Shown in pieces: positions 30,529-40,585 of a stretch of DNA of 64,000 nt. Numbering within the stretch: position 1 is the stretch's first letter; every line of letters starts with the position of its first letter. The translations under genes and the position numbers were made by a program. Under the pieces are notes generated by a model. That model was not told the DNA's origin. It searched no databases and saw nothing but the letters and a program-made list of their open reading frames with translations. The DNA comes from a virus: positions 1 to 64,000 of IMG/VR virus record IMGVR_UViG_3300046733_001096. The stretch is one strand, 5' to 3'.

Positions 30529-30765
30529 CTATACACCAATTTTTTCTGAAAAAAGTTTAATTTCTTTTGCAGGACCAATATTACAAGGTAAATCACCATG
30601 TTCATCAATGTAATGCTGTATTACTGCTTTATACCATAATTGGCTATTATGATGTGCTTGTTTGTTGAATTTAGCAATGCCACCTGAAGAACCATCCATG
30701 GTAAGTAACGCTCTGGATGATTCTTTCTGCAATGTTCTTAAATCTAGTGTATCTAAATCTATCAT
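30529..30765 (-). CDS. Hypothetical protein
   Basis: Overlaps the bS21 stop. Confidence 0.55.
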   Translation of the reverse strand: MIDLDTLDLRTLQKESSRALLTMDGSSGGIAKFNKQAHHNSQLWYKAVIQHYIDEHGDLPCNIGPAKEIKLFSEKIGV

Positions 30766-31016
30766 ATATTATCTTGTTGGCGTTTCATTTTTTGCCAACG
30801 CTTGCGTCCTGCATCTTTTGCTTTACGTTTGATTTCACTTGGCTTTACGAATTCTTTTCTAGTTCTAATTTCTTGTACTAGTCCCTCTTCGGTGCATTTC
30901 TTTTTAAATCTACGAAATGCCTTTTCAAAGTTTCCATTTTTTACTTCTACTGTCATGCCAGACTTCGCATATCTGTCAGCGTCATTTCCTTTTACATAGT
31001 GATTATTTTTAGTCAT
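30762..31016 (-). CDS. rpsU: Ribosomal protein bS21
   Basis: VEVKNGNFEKAFRRFKKK..EEG...EIR..KEFVKPSE.KR. Confidence 0.88.
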   Translation of the reverse strand: MTKNNHYVKGNDADRYAKSGMTVEVKNGNFEKAFRRFKKKCTEEGLVQEIRTRKEFVKPSEIKRKAKDAGRKRWQKMKRQQDNI

Positions 31017-31533
31017 TTTTTTGTATTAAACCTGTAATTCTATTGCCATTTAATTTTAATGGCTGTTCATATTTCCAGTTGGCCAGACTGTTAGAAATCA
31101 TTTCTATAAAATATGCCAGTACATCTTGCGACTTGGCATTTTCACGGCCTTTCATTTGTATTGTTATTTTAACTTTAGAACCATTATCAATAAACTTTTG
31201 TGCTTGGCGCATCTTTATTTGCAAGTCATGGATACCAATGCCGGGTCTAAATTTAACTTCTTTAACTTCAATAGCATTAGCCCTAGCAGATTTTGCTTGT
31301 GCCTTTTGTCGCTTTTTAAGTTCGTAGTTATATTTATTAACACTTACAACACGTGCCACTGGAGGGTTTGCATCTGGAACAATAAGAACCAAGTCAAGGT
31401 TTTCATTTATTGCAATGTGTTGGGCATCAGCATTTGACATTACGCCAAGTGCCTCGCCATTATTTCCAATGATGCGTAACTCGCTACTAGTAATATGCTC
31501 ATTGATTATTAATGTGGATTTGTTTTTATCCAT
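31009..31533 (-). CDS. infC: Translation initiation factor IF3
   Basis: INEHI...LRII, LDLVLI.PDANPPVARV, KEVKFRPGIG.HD, KVKITI.MKGRE. Confidence 0.92.
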   Translation of the reverse strand: MDKNKSTLIINEHITSSELRIIGNNGEALGVMSNADAQHIAINENLDLVLIVPDANPPVARVVSVNKYNYELKKRQKAQAKSARANAIEVKEVKFRPGIGIHDLQIKMRQAQKFIDNGSKVKITIQMKGRENAKSQDVLAYFIEMISNSLANWKYEQPLKLNGNRITGLIQKND

Positions 31534-32790
31534 TTATAATTTTTGTTTAACCTTCGCTTGTTCATCGAATACCAATATTGGTTCTTCATTTCCTAAAATA
31601 AATTCATCTGTAATATGTACAGAACGTAGTCCTTGATTTGCCAATTTTGGCAATTTGAATTGTATTTGTAAAAGTGATTTTTCAATTACACTTCTCAATC
31701 CTCGAGCGCCCGTTTCATCTGTTGTTGCTTTTCTCGCAATCTGGTTTAGCGCCGAATCTGAAATGATTAATTCTACACCATCAAGTTTAAACAATTTTTC
31801 AAACTGTGCAACAATACTATTTTTAGGCTCAGTTAATACTTGTACTAACTGATTTTCAGTGAGAGCATCAAGGCCAACAATAATTGGAAATCTTCCCATA
31901 AATTCTGGGATGACTCCATATTTTATTACATCCTGTGCTTCTACTTGCTCACGGATATTTATCTTATTTGTCGATTTATCATACACAACAGCACCAAAAC
32001 CAATACCTGCATTGGATGTTATTCTACGTTCAATAACTTTATCAATGCCAACAAATGCGCCACCAACTACAAATAGAATTTTACTTGTATCAACTTCAAT
32101 CATATCAGTGCCTGGGTGCTTACGTCCGCCCCCAGGCGGAACACGAACAACTGAGCCTTCTACAATTTTAAGTAGTGCTTGTTGAACACCTTCGCCACTA
32201 ACATCTTTTGTGATTGAAATATTTTCGCCTTTTTTCGCTTTCTTATCAATTTCATCAATATATATAATACCACACTCGGCTTTTTTAACATCAAAATCTG
32301 CTGCCATAAGCAATTTCTGTACTACATTTTCTACATCGTCGCCAACATATCCACTTTCAGTAAGTGATGTTGCATCAATTTGTGCAAATGGCACATCTAA
32401 AAATTTTGCAACTGTTTTAGCAAGTAATGTTTTACCAGTACCAGATGGTCCCATAACCATTACATTGGATTTATCCAATTCAACGCCATCAGAATCATCA
32501 GCGTTTATACGTTTGTAATGATTATATACTGCCACACTAAGGACTTCTTTAGCTTCGTCTTGTCCAATAATGTGCGCATCTAAGAATTCTTTAATATCTT
32601 CCGGTCCAGGAAGAGAACTCATATCCGTTTCGCTTGTAGTGGCAAACTTTTCTTTTGAGTCATGTATGATTTCATAGCATAAGTCAACACACTCATTGCA
32701 AATAAACTGATTTGGTCCAGCAATGAGTGTTTTAACTATATCCTTTTCTTTGTTACAAAATGAACAAGTATAATCTTTAGTATCAGTCAA
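31534..32790 (-). CDS. clpX: ATP-dependent Clp protease ATP-binding subunit
   Basis: CSFC..C..C zinc domain, GPSGTGKT, GYVG pore loop, DEIDK, RKHP, IGF loop, TGARGLR. Confidence 0.96.
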   Translation of the reverse strand: MTDTKDYTCSFCNKEKDIVKTLIAGPNQFICNECVDLCYEIIHDSKEKFATTSETDMSSLPGPEDIKEFLDAHIIGQDEAKEVLSVAVYNHYKRINADDSDGVELDKSNVMVMGPSGTGKTLLAKTVAKFLDVPFAQIDATSLTESGYVGDDVENVVQKLLMAADFDVKKAECGIIYIDEIDKKAKKGENISITKDVSGEGVQQALLKIVEGSVVRVPPGGGRKHPGTDMIEVDTSKILFVVGGAFVGIDKVIERRITSNAGIGFGAVVYDKSTNKINIREQVEAQDVIKYGVIPEFMGRFPIIVGLDALTENQLVQVLTEPKNSIVAQFEKLFKLDGVELIISDSALNQIARKATTDETGARGLRSVIEKSLLQIQFKLPKLANQGLRSVHITDEFILGNEEPILVFDEQAKVKQKL

Positions 32791-32802
32791 ATATCACCTA
32801 TA

Positions 32803-34173
32803 TTATTTCTTGTCTAACCAGCCTTGACGCTGTACTAGACTTGTGTTTCGGTTTCTAGTTTTGTCTTCTTCAGTTAGTTCGTTATCCTTTTCTTCCATAC
32901 TAGTATCGTCTAAATTAGTATGAATGTCAAGTTCTTTTTTGTCTTTTTTTGAAAATAGTGCATCGAAGATTTCTTCTTGGCCGCCTCTGCTTATATGACG
33001 ATTTTGAAAACTATAGTTTGCAGAAATTAGTAACAATACTGCTAATGGATCAAACACAAAAATGAATACAATAATTAGCCAACGAACTGCATCATCTATT
33101 GTATTTCTTTCTGTATTACCATAAACTAGTTCTGCAATATATTTAATTGGTCCAATTTCTGCTTCTAACATACGCACTTCAGTTTCTAATTCAAATTTAG
33201 TAACTAGTAATTCAGATATGCCAATTTCAGATACTTTGACTGTTTCTAATAATTCTGTAATTTTTTTAGTATTATCTATTTCTGCAACACGTTCTAATTG
33301 TTTGCGCAGCCTTGTAATAGTTTCTTGTGATTTTTGGACATCACGGTCGGCAATAGAACGCAGACGTTTTATTTCAATTCTTGCTTGTTCTATAGCTGAC
33401 GTATCAATACTTGTACGGATATCTTCTACAATACTAACTAAACGTTGCTTTTCTGATTGTTGTATTGAACGAAATTCATCAACTTTATTTGCAGTGCGAG
33501 GACCATAATTGCCATCCGTCTTAACACCAACTAATGCTTGCAATTTTTTAATTTCATCATTTACAACAAATGATTGTAGATTTTCAAGTGTGATATCTAT
33601 TTTTTTAATTTGTGTTAAGTATGATTCGACTTGGTCTTCTGATCCAGTTTGTTGGTCTAAGATAATAGCAAGTTGTTCATCGATTGCAGGTTGAACTCTT
33701 GCGTATGCTTGGTCCATACGTTGTTGTTCAGTATCAATCTGCGTTTGAATTTCATCTGTATTATTTGTATTCTGAGTTTCAAGTTTTTCAATCTTAATTT
33801 CTGAACGTGTAATAGTATCTTCATAACGAACTATATCATTATCTATACGTTCTACACGTGCCTGCGATTGTAAACTTTCACTTGCCTGTTCTAAGTGCGC
33901 ACGTGACAAAAAGCCAAAAATGCCCATCGAAGTGATGAACATTAATACAACTACTGCAAATGTAAGATAAGATTTTAATAGAAACGGCGCACGTTTCCAA
34001 TTACGGTAGACCCAAGATGCAGCAACTAACTTGCCTATTTCTAAAGATCCAGCCATGATAGCAACTGGTATTGCTGATGCGGCAAAAATTGCCATAAGTC
34101 CGGCAACTGAAAACCATGCTGCAACCGCGGCTATAGTTAAGGCTACTACGAATACCAAAAGTGGGAAAAACAT
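32803..34173 (-). CDS. Multi-TM coiled-coil protein with internal peptidoglycan-binding-like motif
   Basis: 3 N-terminal TMs, long coiled coil, LQALVGVKTDGNYGPRT, C-terminal TM VFDPLAV. Confidence 0.65.
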   Translation of the reverse strand: MFFPLLVFVVALTIAAVAAWFSVAGLMAIFAASAIPVAIMAGSLEIGKLVAASWVYRNWKRAPFLLKSYLTFAVVVLMFITSMGIFGFLSRAHLEQASESLQSQARVERIDNDIVRYEDTITRSEIKIEKLETQNTNNTDEIQTQIDTEQQRMDQAYARVQPAIDEQLAIILDQQTGSEDQVESYLTQIKKIDITLENLQSFVVNDEIKKLQALVGVKTDGNYGPRTANKVDEFRSIQQSEKQRLVSIVEDIRTSIDTSAIEQARIEIKRLRSIADRDVQKSQETITRLRKQLERVAEIDNTKKITELLETVKVSEIGISELLVTKFELETEVRMLEAEIGPIKYIAELVYGNTERNTIDDAVRWLIIVFIFVFDPLAVLLLISANYSFQNRHISRGGQEEIFDALFSKKDKKELDIHTNLDDTSMEEKDNELTEEDKTRNRNTSLVQRQGWLDKK

Positions 34174-34243
34174 TTTACTCTCCTAAGGATAATTACAGCC
34201 CTCTTCATCTGTATTTATCATTTTGGAGAGTAAGATTCATATA

Positions 34244-34747
34244 TTACATATCTACATTTAAGTATACAGTAGTGCCCTTTTTAAACCACTGTTGTGTGTA
34301 TAAACGAACTGTTTGTCCACCAATATCAACAGTTACCATGTTGTCGCCACGTACTTGTGATACTTTATTAGTATATGTTGTGCGACATTGACGTTCTTGA
34401 CGATATCCTACAATAACAGTTTCTTGTTTACCTTTTTTATTAACTTTATCAGCACCAATAATGGCACCTAAAACAGTCATTGCATCTTTGCCACTACCGT
34501 TACCAAGTTGATTACCGATTGCACCGCCGATAATTGCACCAACTAGGGCATCACCAGAACTTGCTTGTCCAGTTCGGCGTGTCTCATAAATTGGAACATC
34601 TACATTATTACAAGTTTGAATTGGAACTTCACGGACAACATCACGATATGTTTCTTTCATTCCTATTACAGTTCCCCGAACCTGTTCAGAATATGAAGCA
34701 GTTGCAGTTACTAGAAGTGCAACAGTTAGTGCCATAATATTTTTCAT
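34244..34747 (-). CDS. Glycine-zipper 2TM envelope protein (YcfJ-like)
   Basis: Signal peptide; GAIIGGAIGNQLG.GSGKDAMTVLGAIIG. Confidence 0.8.
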   Translation of the reverse strand: MKNIMALTVALLVTATASYSEQVRGTVIGMKETYRDVVREVPIQTCNNVDVPIYETRRTGQASSGDALVGAIIGGAIGNQLGNGSGKDAMTVLGAIIGADKVNKKGKQETVIVGYRQERQCRTTYTNKVSQVRGDNMVTVDIGGQTVRLYTQQWFKKGTTVYLNVDM

Positions 34748-34999
34748 TGGTTAAGTCCTTTTATAATATTTTCAAGTTTTTCTACTCGTTCTTCAAGTAG
34801 AATAATTTTTCTTTCTAGTAGTTGAGTTTCCTTCATTAATTAATCCTTTTTAAGTTATATTCATTAATGCCCCATCGACAAGGCGATCCGTGTTTTCTTT
34901 TTGTATTAGCAAGAGCACCGGTGATGTCATTGGCATATTCATATCCTAAAAACAAATCATCTGCCCAAACTTTCCAAGTATATTGTATAGTAAACACTA

Positions 35000-35389
35000 T
35001 TAACTACCTGTTACAAGTTCAAGTGTACCATCTTCACCAAACTCAAAATCTTCGATATAAGAATGATGTGTGCCACTTTGTTTGATACATGATTCAGCAG
35101 CAGCCCATAATGCCTTGATTGAGCCATTTACTGCAAGAGAACTAACTTGCATCATTGTGTTGTTAGTGCCATTACGCAAATCTGCGTTAATTTCTTCAAC
35201 AGTCGCATCAGGACGAACAAACTCATAAGTTACTTTACGAACTTTATTAGAGAACAATTCAAACTCAGGACCCTTTGTACCGAATTCATACATACTCCAA
35301 ACAGTTGTCATACCAAGTTCTTCTTGCATTGCAAAGAAATGATCCATTGCGATAGTGAATTCATCGATTTGTGTTTGTGAATTTGTCAT
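35000..35389 (-). CDS. Early hypothetical protein
   Basis: Follows the GANTC-type promoter; RBS AAGGA. Confidence 0.6.
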   Translation of the reverse strand: MTNSQTQIDEFTIAMDHFFAMQEELGMTTVWSMYEFGTKGPEFELFSNKVRKVTYEFVRPDATVEEINADLRNGTNNTMMQVSSLAVNGSIKALWAAAESCIKQSGTHHSYIEDFEFGEDGTLELVTGS

Positions 35390-35419
35390 TTTTAGTCCTT
35401 CTCTCTAACTTATACACTC

Positions 35420-35448
35420 TTTATATAGTGATTCGTTTAAGATGTCAA
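35420..35448 (-). promoter_or_regulatory. Early promoter with CGAATCA spacer element
   Basis: TTGACA-N7-CGAATCA-N3-TATAAA. Confidence 0.75.
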
Positions 35449-35473
35449 GTACTAATTAAGGTAATCATGCTTT

Positions 35474-35812
35474 TTAATCATATTGATCTAACAAATTTGT
35501 TTTATCTTCTGTGTATCCTTTAGAAGGATTAACATCATCTGCTCCAGGTAATGGTTCTTTCTGGTCTACAATTACTTCCCATTGCTCAGACCATTTCGCA
35601 TTGATATCATATAACCGCTGTGTGAATAGTGGATCGGTATCTGCTATAATTGCATCAGCAGGACATTCCGGTTCACAAACGCCACAATCAATGCATTCAT
35701 CTGGATTGATTACTAACATTTCTTCACCTTCATAAAAGCAATCTACTGGACAGACTTCTACACAATCAGTATACTTACATTTAATGCAATCCTGAGTTAC
35801 TACATAGGTCAT
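35474..35812 (-). CDS. fdxA: 7Fe ferredoxin (FdxA type)
   Basis: [26 protein letters not shown]...[12 protein letters not shown]. Confidence 0.95.
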   Translation of the reverse strand: MTYVVTQDCIKCKYTDCVEVCPVDCFYEGEEMLVINPDECIDCGVCEPECPADAIIADTDPLFTQRLYDINAKWSEQWEVIVDQKEPLPGADDVNPSKGYTEDKTNLLDQYD

Positions 35813-36008
35813 CGTGGTTCTCCGTTAATTATATCGTCTATCTAATTTGAAATTGCTATTATAGTCTATAGTAAATGAAAAAGTAGTTATTGTCAAGTAC
35901 TTTTATCAAGTATCCATAATTTACTACAATAATAACATGCTGTCCATGGTTTACTATATCATCATCCGTATATTGATTATGTAATTATGGTATCTCTCTT
36001 GTTGTAGA

Positions 36009-36701
36009 CTATCCATGTTTTTTACTTTGAACTTTCATTTTTCTTGTTTGCCATGGCACTGTATCTTCAAACATATTCACAACTTCGTCACCTTGATATG
36101 CTTCGATAAGTTTCCACCAAGGCACAATTAACAAGTGTGATTTGAGAATCATACGTTCATTTTCTGTATCATTTACAATACCATGATAGCGATTTACATT
36201 TAAAAAGTTAGGATTAAAATATTCATGTGTTTCTAATTTTTCACCGACACTATGCGTTCCGTCTTCTTGTTCCAAATGTTCATAAAAACTTATTTCTGTT
36301 TTGCCGCGCAATGGGGTATTGAATGCACTTAGTGCTCTAAAGTGATGTGCAGTATGCGGCTCTAAATTACCGCCAGGAGGCATCCAAATAAATGTAAAAC
36401 GCATACAGTGTTTAATTTCATCCCAATTCAATGTTACACCGCAGTTATTTGCAATGTTTGTAATCCTTTGAAATATTTCATTCCAAATTTGAATGTTACA
36501 GTCATAGCAGACATTGTAAATTTTTTGCTTGGTGCTATCCATTCCTACCGTACCGTGATCGCCAAATTTGTCTTTAATTTTTTGGTCAAAGAAGTTATTG
36601 AGTTCGTCTTGATCTGCTAAAAATCCATCATAACCTTTGGTTTCAGCAAACCTATCCTCATATCTATATCTTAGTTCGTTCACTTTATTCCTCCATAACA
36701 A
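36009..36701 (-). CDS. Fe(II)/2OG-type oxygenase with HxA metal motif
   Basis: MPPGGNLEPHTAH...YHGIVNDTENERMIL double-stranded beta-helix pattern. Confidence 0.6.
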   Translation of the reverse strand: MLWRNKVNELRYRYEDRFAETKGYDGFLADQDELNNFFDQKIKDKFGDHGTVGMDSTKQKIYNVCYDCNIQIWNEIFQRITNIANNCGVTLNWDEIKHCMRFTFIWMPPGGNLEPHTAHHFRALSAFNTPLRGKTEISFYEHLEQEDGTHSVGEKLETHEYFNPNFLNVNRYHGIVNDTENERMILKSHLLIVPWWKLIEAYQGDEVVNMFEDTVPWQTRKMKVQSKKHG

Positions 36702-37543
36702 TGTTCATAATCAAAACTTAATCTATACAAATAACGATCACCTTCTACTGCATTACGTTTATGAATACTATGAAACTGATCCATAAAAATAAAATCGCCA
36801 GGCTGCCAATCGTCATGGTGCCAAATATATTTGTCTTGGAAAATATGTGCCATTAGTTTGTCAATAATAAGTTCTTTATCCAACTTCTCTTCTGGTTTGT
36901 CTCTTAACCACATCTCTCTAATATAATGAAATGTAAAATATAATCCTTCGTCCCCATCGTATGGATGCGTATATACCAAAGGCTTTGTTACGCCATATTT
37001 AAAATCTCTTGTGGCACCTTGAAACATTTTAAGTTCTTTATCGTCTTTGTCTAAGTCATAGAATGTTCCATTTTCAAATTTAAATGTACAATCTATTTGC
37101 TTATAGAAATTTTTATCTTCATCACATAAATCTTTGTATGCTTGTCTTGTGTCACAAAAACTAGTTACACTATTTTCGCCTGGTCTGACACAGTAAAGAG
37201 CCACACAGCATTCTTTACCACTTTTCCTGCCATTGCCATTACTATGCCAGTCTAATTCTTTGTCTGCAAAGATACCAATCTTGTCGCCATCTTTGCGTTC
37301 GTTTGTTACTCTAAACAAACCAGGATAATCTGGGTGCATAAAAAATTGATTTGGTTTAAGTACATTGCCAATTAATTCACATACTCTTAGTATACCAGAT
37401 TCATCTAGATTTTGATTTCTAACGAGTACTACATTATCTTTTACAATGTTTTTACCCCAATCTCTAATTTCTGAGTCACTCATTGTGTTAAAGTCTACGT
37501 TATATTGCACAGCATCCATTTGCATTAATTCTCTTCTCCTCAA
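36680..37543 (-). CDS. TauD/TfdA-family dioxygenase
   Basis: VVLVRNQNL, LDWHSN, TSFCD, PLVYTHP, WQPGDFIFMD...HKR...RYLYR. Confidence 0.8.
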   Translation of the reverse strand: MRRRELMQMDAVQYNVDFNTMSDSEIRDWGKNIVKDNVVLVRNQNLDESGILRVCELIGNVLKPNQFFMHPDYPGLFRVTNERKDGDKIGIFADKELDWHSNGNGRKSGKECCVALYCVRPGENSVTSFCDTRQAYKDLCDEDKNFYKQIDCTFKFENGTFYDLDKDDKELKMFQGATRDFKYGVTKPLVYTHPYDGDEGLYFTFHYIREMWLRDKPEEKLDKELIIDKLMAHIFQDKYIWHHDDWQPGDFIFMDQFHSIHKRNAVEGDRYLYRLSFDYEHCYGGIK

Positions 37544-37548
37544 TTTAT

Positions 37549-38043
37549 TTATGATAATATTATACTAACTGCATTTTCTACTGTGATATACTCTGTAGTG
37601 GATATATTAGGATACTTTTGTAATATGCGTTCAGTTCCTACATATCCAAAATGAGTATATTTTAAATTTAAAGGTGTGTCTAGATTAATCAAATCATTGT
37701 GCAATACACGTAATGATTTTTTTTGTATTTGATATTCTAGTAAATGTTCGTAGTTTTTTAATATAGTTTCATCTTCTGCTACATTACTACCAACATTAAT
37801 TATTGTTTTGTTAGTATCTTTAAATGCATGGAACAAATCTAATAACATATAAGTTTGTCCAAACCCATCATGTGCATTGTTTATAAAAACATCAACGTCA
37901 TTGCATTGTTTAATAATACGTTTTCTGTCAATACGGTTATTAATGTCGTAGCTAGTACTTTTACTAAATCCAATAAAGTTTACAACTGATTCAGATATAG
38001 CTTTTCCTATACCCGATGTATGTCCTGTTATTGCGTATTTCAT
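37549..38043 (-). CDS. Short SDR-like oxidoreductase
   Basis: ITGHTSGIG, DVFINNA, IINVGS, Y..QK. Confidence 0.75.
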   Translation of the reverse strand: MKYAITGHTSGIGKAISESVVNFIGFSKSTSYDINNRIDRKRIIKQCNDVDVFINNAHDGFGQTYMLLDLFHAFKDTNKTIINVGSNVAEDETILKNYEHLLEYQIQKKSLRVLHNDLINLDTPLNLKYTHFGYVGTERILQKYPNISTTEYITVENAVSIILS

Positions 38044-38618
38044 CTATCACCTAATATTGTAACTACTAAATGTAATCTTTCATCCGTACTACCGTTAAAT
38101 GCAGTATGAGGAACAACTGTATTTGTCCAATACCATTGATTTTGCTTTAGATGTTTACTTTCGTTTTCGATTACCATATAACACCCGTCTTGTGTTTTTA
38201 TTGGATAATGTAATCTTGGAGTGTTATCGTTATGCCATGTTAAACAAGTCTTTGGTCTAGAATTCATTATTCGTATTCTACCAACTTTGTATTTTTTAGT
38301 TATACTATTGTATACATCTTCGAACAATGAATCTTTAAATCCTGTACAAAGTACTTCAAAACTATCATCTTTCAAAGGAACTTCTCTACGAGGTACTATA
38401 ATTTTTCCGTGTTCAGTTGTGTAAGAGTTGTCCCAATCTAAAAATAAACTTCCTCTTCCTGTTAGGCAATTTGACGGATCGTCTTTGGTTGCATTTAAAC
38501 AAATTTGATCTTTGTCATTTTTATACCACCAAATCTTTTTTTCGTTGAGTAGTTTTAAAAACTCTGTATGCAAATCATATACAGGAAGATCGTTAAGTTC
38601 GACAAAATTCATTTGCAT
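38040..38618 (-). CDS. Aspartyl/asparaginyl beta-hydroxylase-like Fe/2OG oxygenase
   Basis: GRIRIM...WHND..RLHYPI...HTAFNGS..RLHLV. Confidence 0.75.
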   Translation of the reverse strand: MQMNFVELNDLPVYDLHTEFLKLLNEKKIWWYKNDKDQICLNATKDDPSNCLTGRGSLFLDWDNSYTTEHGKIIVPRREVPLKDDSFEVLCTGFKDSLFEDVYNSITKKYKVGRIRIMNSRPKTCLTWHNDNTPRLHYPIKTQDGCYMVIENESKHLKQNQWYWTNTVVPHTAFNGSTDERLHLVVTILGDR

Positions 38619-39349
38619 TAGTTCTTTTCTCCTACTAGTATTTTATTTGGAGTTTCACGGTCACTGTTAACATAATCTCTCCAAAGTGTTGCGTTTTCAA
38701 GTTCTTGTTCATATTCTTCTTGTGTATATTTGCCAATACTAAAGTTACCATCTAAGTCCCAAACGTCTGCTACAAAATGCCATCTATCAGTATTACTTCT
38801 ATTTAAAACATTGTGGTATGGATGTACATATGCAAGATAACTATTTCCCTCTTCAAGTATGTAACTTTCGTTCCCATGAATAAAATCAGTGCCTGCATCT
38901 GTTATAATAGGAATATGGAATCTATAAAAGTTACCATCAGTATGCTTTTTAATTTCTCCACTTGGATGAATATATGATAGTCTTGCTCTTCTAGGATTCA
39001 TATTTTTTTCATGTAGAAAATCTAAGATTTCTTTAAAATATCCAGTACATGCACTTGTTTCTATACTATAGTCTAACATGTGATAAATTTTATGTTGCCT
39101 AGCATAGTCTAAATTAAAATATACTTTCGGATCAGGATCTGTCATATCTTGTTCATCATATCGCGGATATTGTATTTCTACATTAAAATTGAATCCGCTT
39201 TGCAAAGAACCGTCTTGACTAGATAATGCAATACCATGTAATCCACCATCTCTTTGTTCGTTAACATTGTTATACTCTAATATACGATACAGTTCAGACT
39301 TTAATCTATCTTTGTTAAACTTCCAATCATTTTTTACCACATGAGTCAA
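38618..39349 (-). CDS. Aspartyl/asparaginyl beta-hydroxylase-like Fe/2OG oxygenase
   Basis: RARLS.IHP..EI.KHTD..RFHIPI...HNVLN.S..DRWHFV. Confidence 0.8.
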   Translation of the reverse strand: MTHVVKNDWKFNKDRLKSELYRILEYNNVNEQRDGGLHGIALSSQDGSLQSGFNFNVEIQYPRYDEQDMTDPDPKVYFNLDYARQHKIYHMLDYSIETSACTGYFKEILDFLHEKNMNPRRARLSYIHPSGEIKKHTDGNFYRFHIPIITDAGTDFIHGNESYILEEGNSYLAYVHPYHNVLNRSNTDRWHFVADVWDLDGNFSIGKYTQEEYEQELENATLWRDYVNSDRETPNKILVGEKN

Positions 39350-40005
39350 ATCAGCAACCTTTCTTTGTTTGGTAAATTATCATAATCCACTCCAAATATT
39401 AAAACGATTCTAGTGTTATCGCTACTGTTTGTTACTCTATGTAACCAACCTGTATTAACAAAATAGCTTTTACCTCTTTGCATATCCAAACTAATTTCTT
39501 CGGTTTTTGTTTTCCATTGGAACAAACTTCCGGCTGTATTAACAGGTATTTGTACTCTACACAACACACTTGTATCAGTATCTATATGATAGTTTAGTTC
39601 ATTGCCTCCATGCATAACACTTATACGTGCTCTATAGGGTGCGTTAAATTTATCTTTAAGGTATTGTTGTATAGCAGTTGTTTTTAAATCATCTCTCCAA
39701 CTGTTATAATTTTTTTCATCAATTTCACTGTCCGCATTGTTATCTAGTTGCTGCAATAGTATTTGACTGTATGTTTCACTAGCAGTAAATGCACTTTTAA
39801 CATCACAATGTTGTGATATCTGATAATTGTCACCGCCCAAATCATTACCTGTGTAGTTATTGGCAATTTCCAATATCTCATCTAACACTGATTCGGGAAC
39901 GTTATCTGTTACTTGTCCGTGAGTTTGCATCTGATGCCTACGTGGTCCATTTTTACCACTTACTCTGCTTCTTCTTGTATCGTGTATAAGGCAATTATCG
40001 GTCAT
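39346..40005 (-). CDS. Aspartyl/asparaginyl beta-hydroxylase-like Fe/2OG oxygenase
   Basis: RARIS...YHID...RVQIP...LHRVTN...RIVLI. Confidence 0.78.
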   Translation of the reverse strand: MTDNCLIHDTRRSRVSGKNGPRRHQMQTHGQVTDNVPESVLDEILEIANNYTGNDLGGDNYQISQHCDVKSAFTASETYSQILLQQLDNNADSEIDEKNYNSWRDDLKTTAIQQYLKDKFNAPYRARISVMHGGNELNYHIDTDTSVLCRVQIPVNTAGSLFQWKTKTEEISLDMQRGKSYFVNTGWLHRVTNSSDNTRIVLIFGVDYDNLPNKERLLI

Positions 40006-40585
40006 AATTTTCCTTCCATTTTTGAATACTTATACTTTTTAAAGGCAGGCTATAATTATTAGAACAAATAACTTGCCAACTTGCAGGATCATCGTCCTGT
40101 GGATAAGTTTGATACAGTCCTTCTAAGACTTTCCATTCATTTTGTTTCTTATATTTATTGTTTAGTTTTTCGGCTAACAATGCCAACGTTCCTCGTCTAC
40201 GTTGAAACTCCACACTGAAAAATAATCTGGTAATATTATTTTGTTTTGCCCATTCTAATTGTGGATCTAACATTAGTGTTGCTGGTGTTTCAGTATCTCT
40301 TTCATAATTCATATTTTTACGTCTGTATTGTGGATTGTAATATGTTCTAGTTAGTAATCTTGCACAACCTTCTGGAAACATATGAGTTTGTACACAACTC
40401 ATAGCAATCATTTCATCATTATCTTCTACTAGGAAAGTCCATAGTGGATATTTTTTATATCGGTTTGGTATGCTCCATGCTAGATTTGGATTGAACCAAT
40501 CTTTATTTCTATCATTATTTGCATAAAATTTCTTACAGTAATGTAAGAATTCCAACTCATAATTTTCTAATGTAAGTATTTTCAT
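39995..40585 (-). CDS. Putative GNAT-fold acyltransferase
   Basis: MIAMSCV, ARLLTRTYYNPQYRR, LEWAKQNNITRLFFS pattern. Confidence 0.5.
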   Translation of the reverse strand: MKILTLENYELEFLHYCKKFYANNDRNKDWFNPNLAWSIPNRYKKYPLWTFLVEDNDEMIAMSCVQTHMFPEGCARLLTRTYYNPQYRRKNMNYERDTETPATLMLDPQLEWAKQNNITRLFFSVEFQRRRGTLALLAEKLNNKYKKQNEWKVLEGLYQTYPQDDDPASWQVICSNNYSLPLKSISIQKWKENYDR

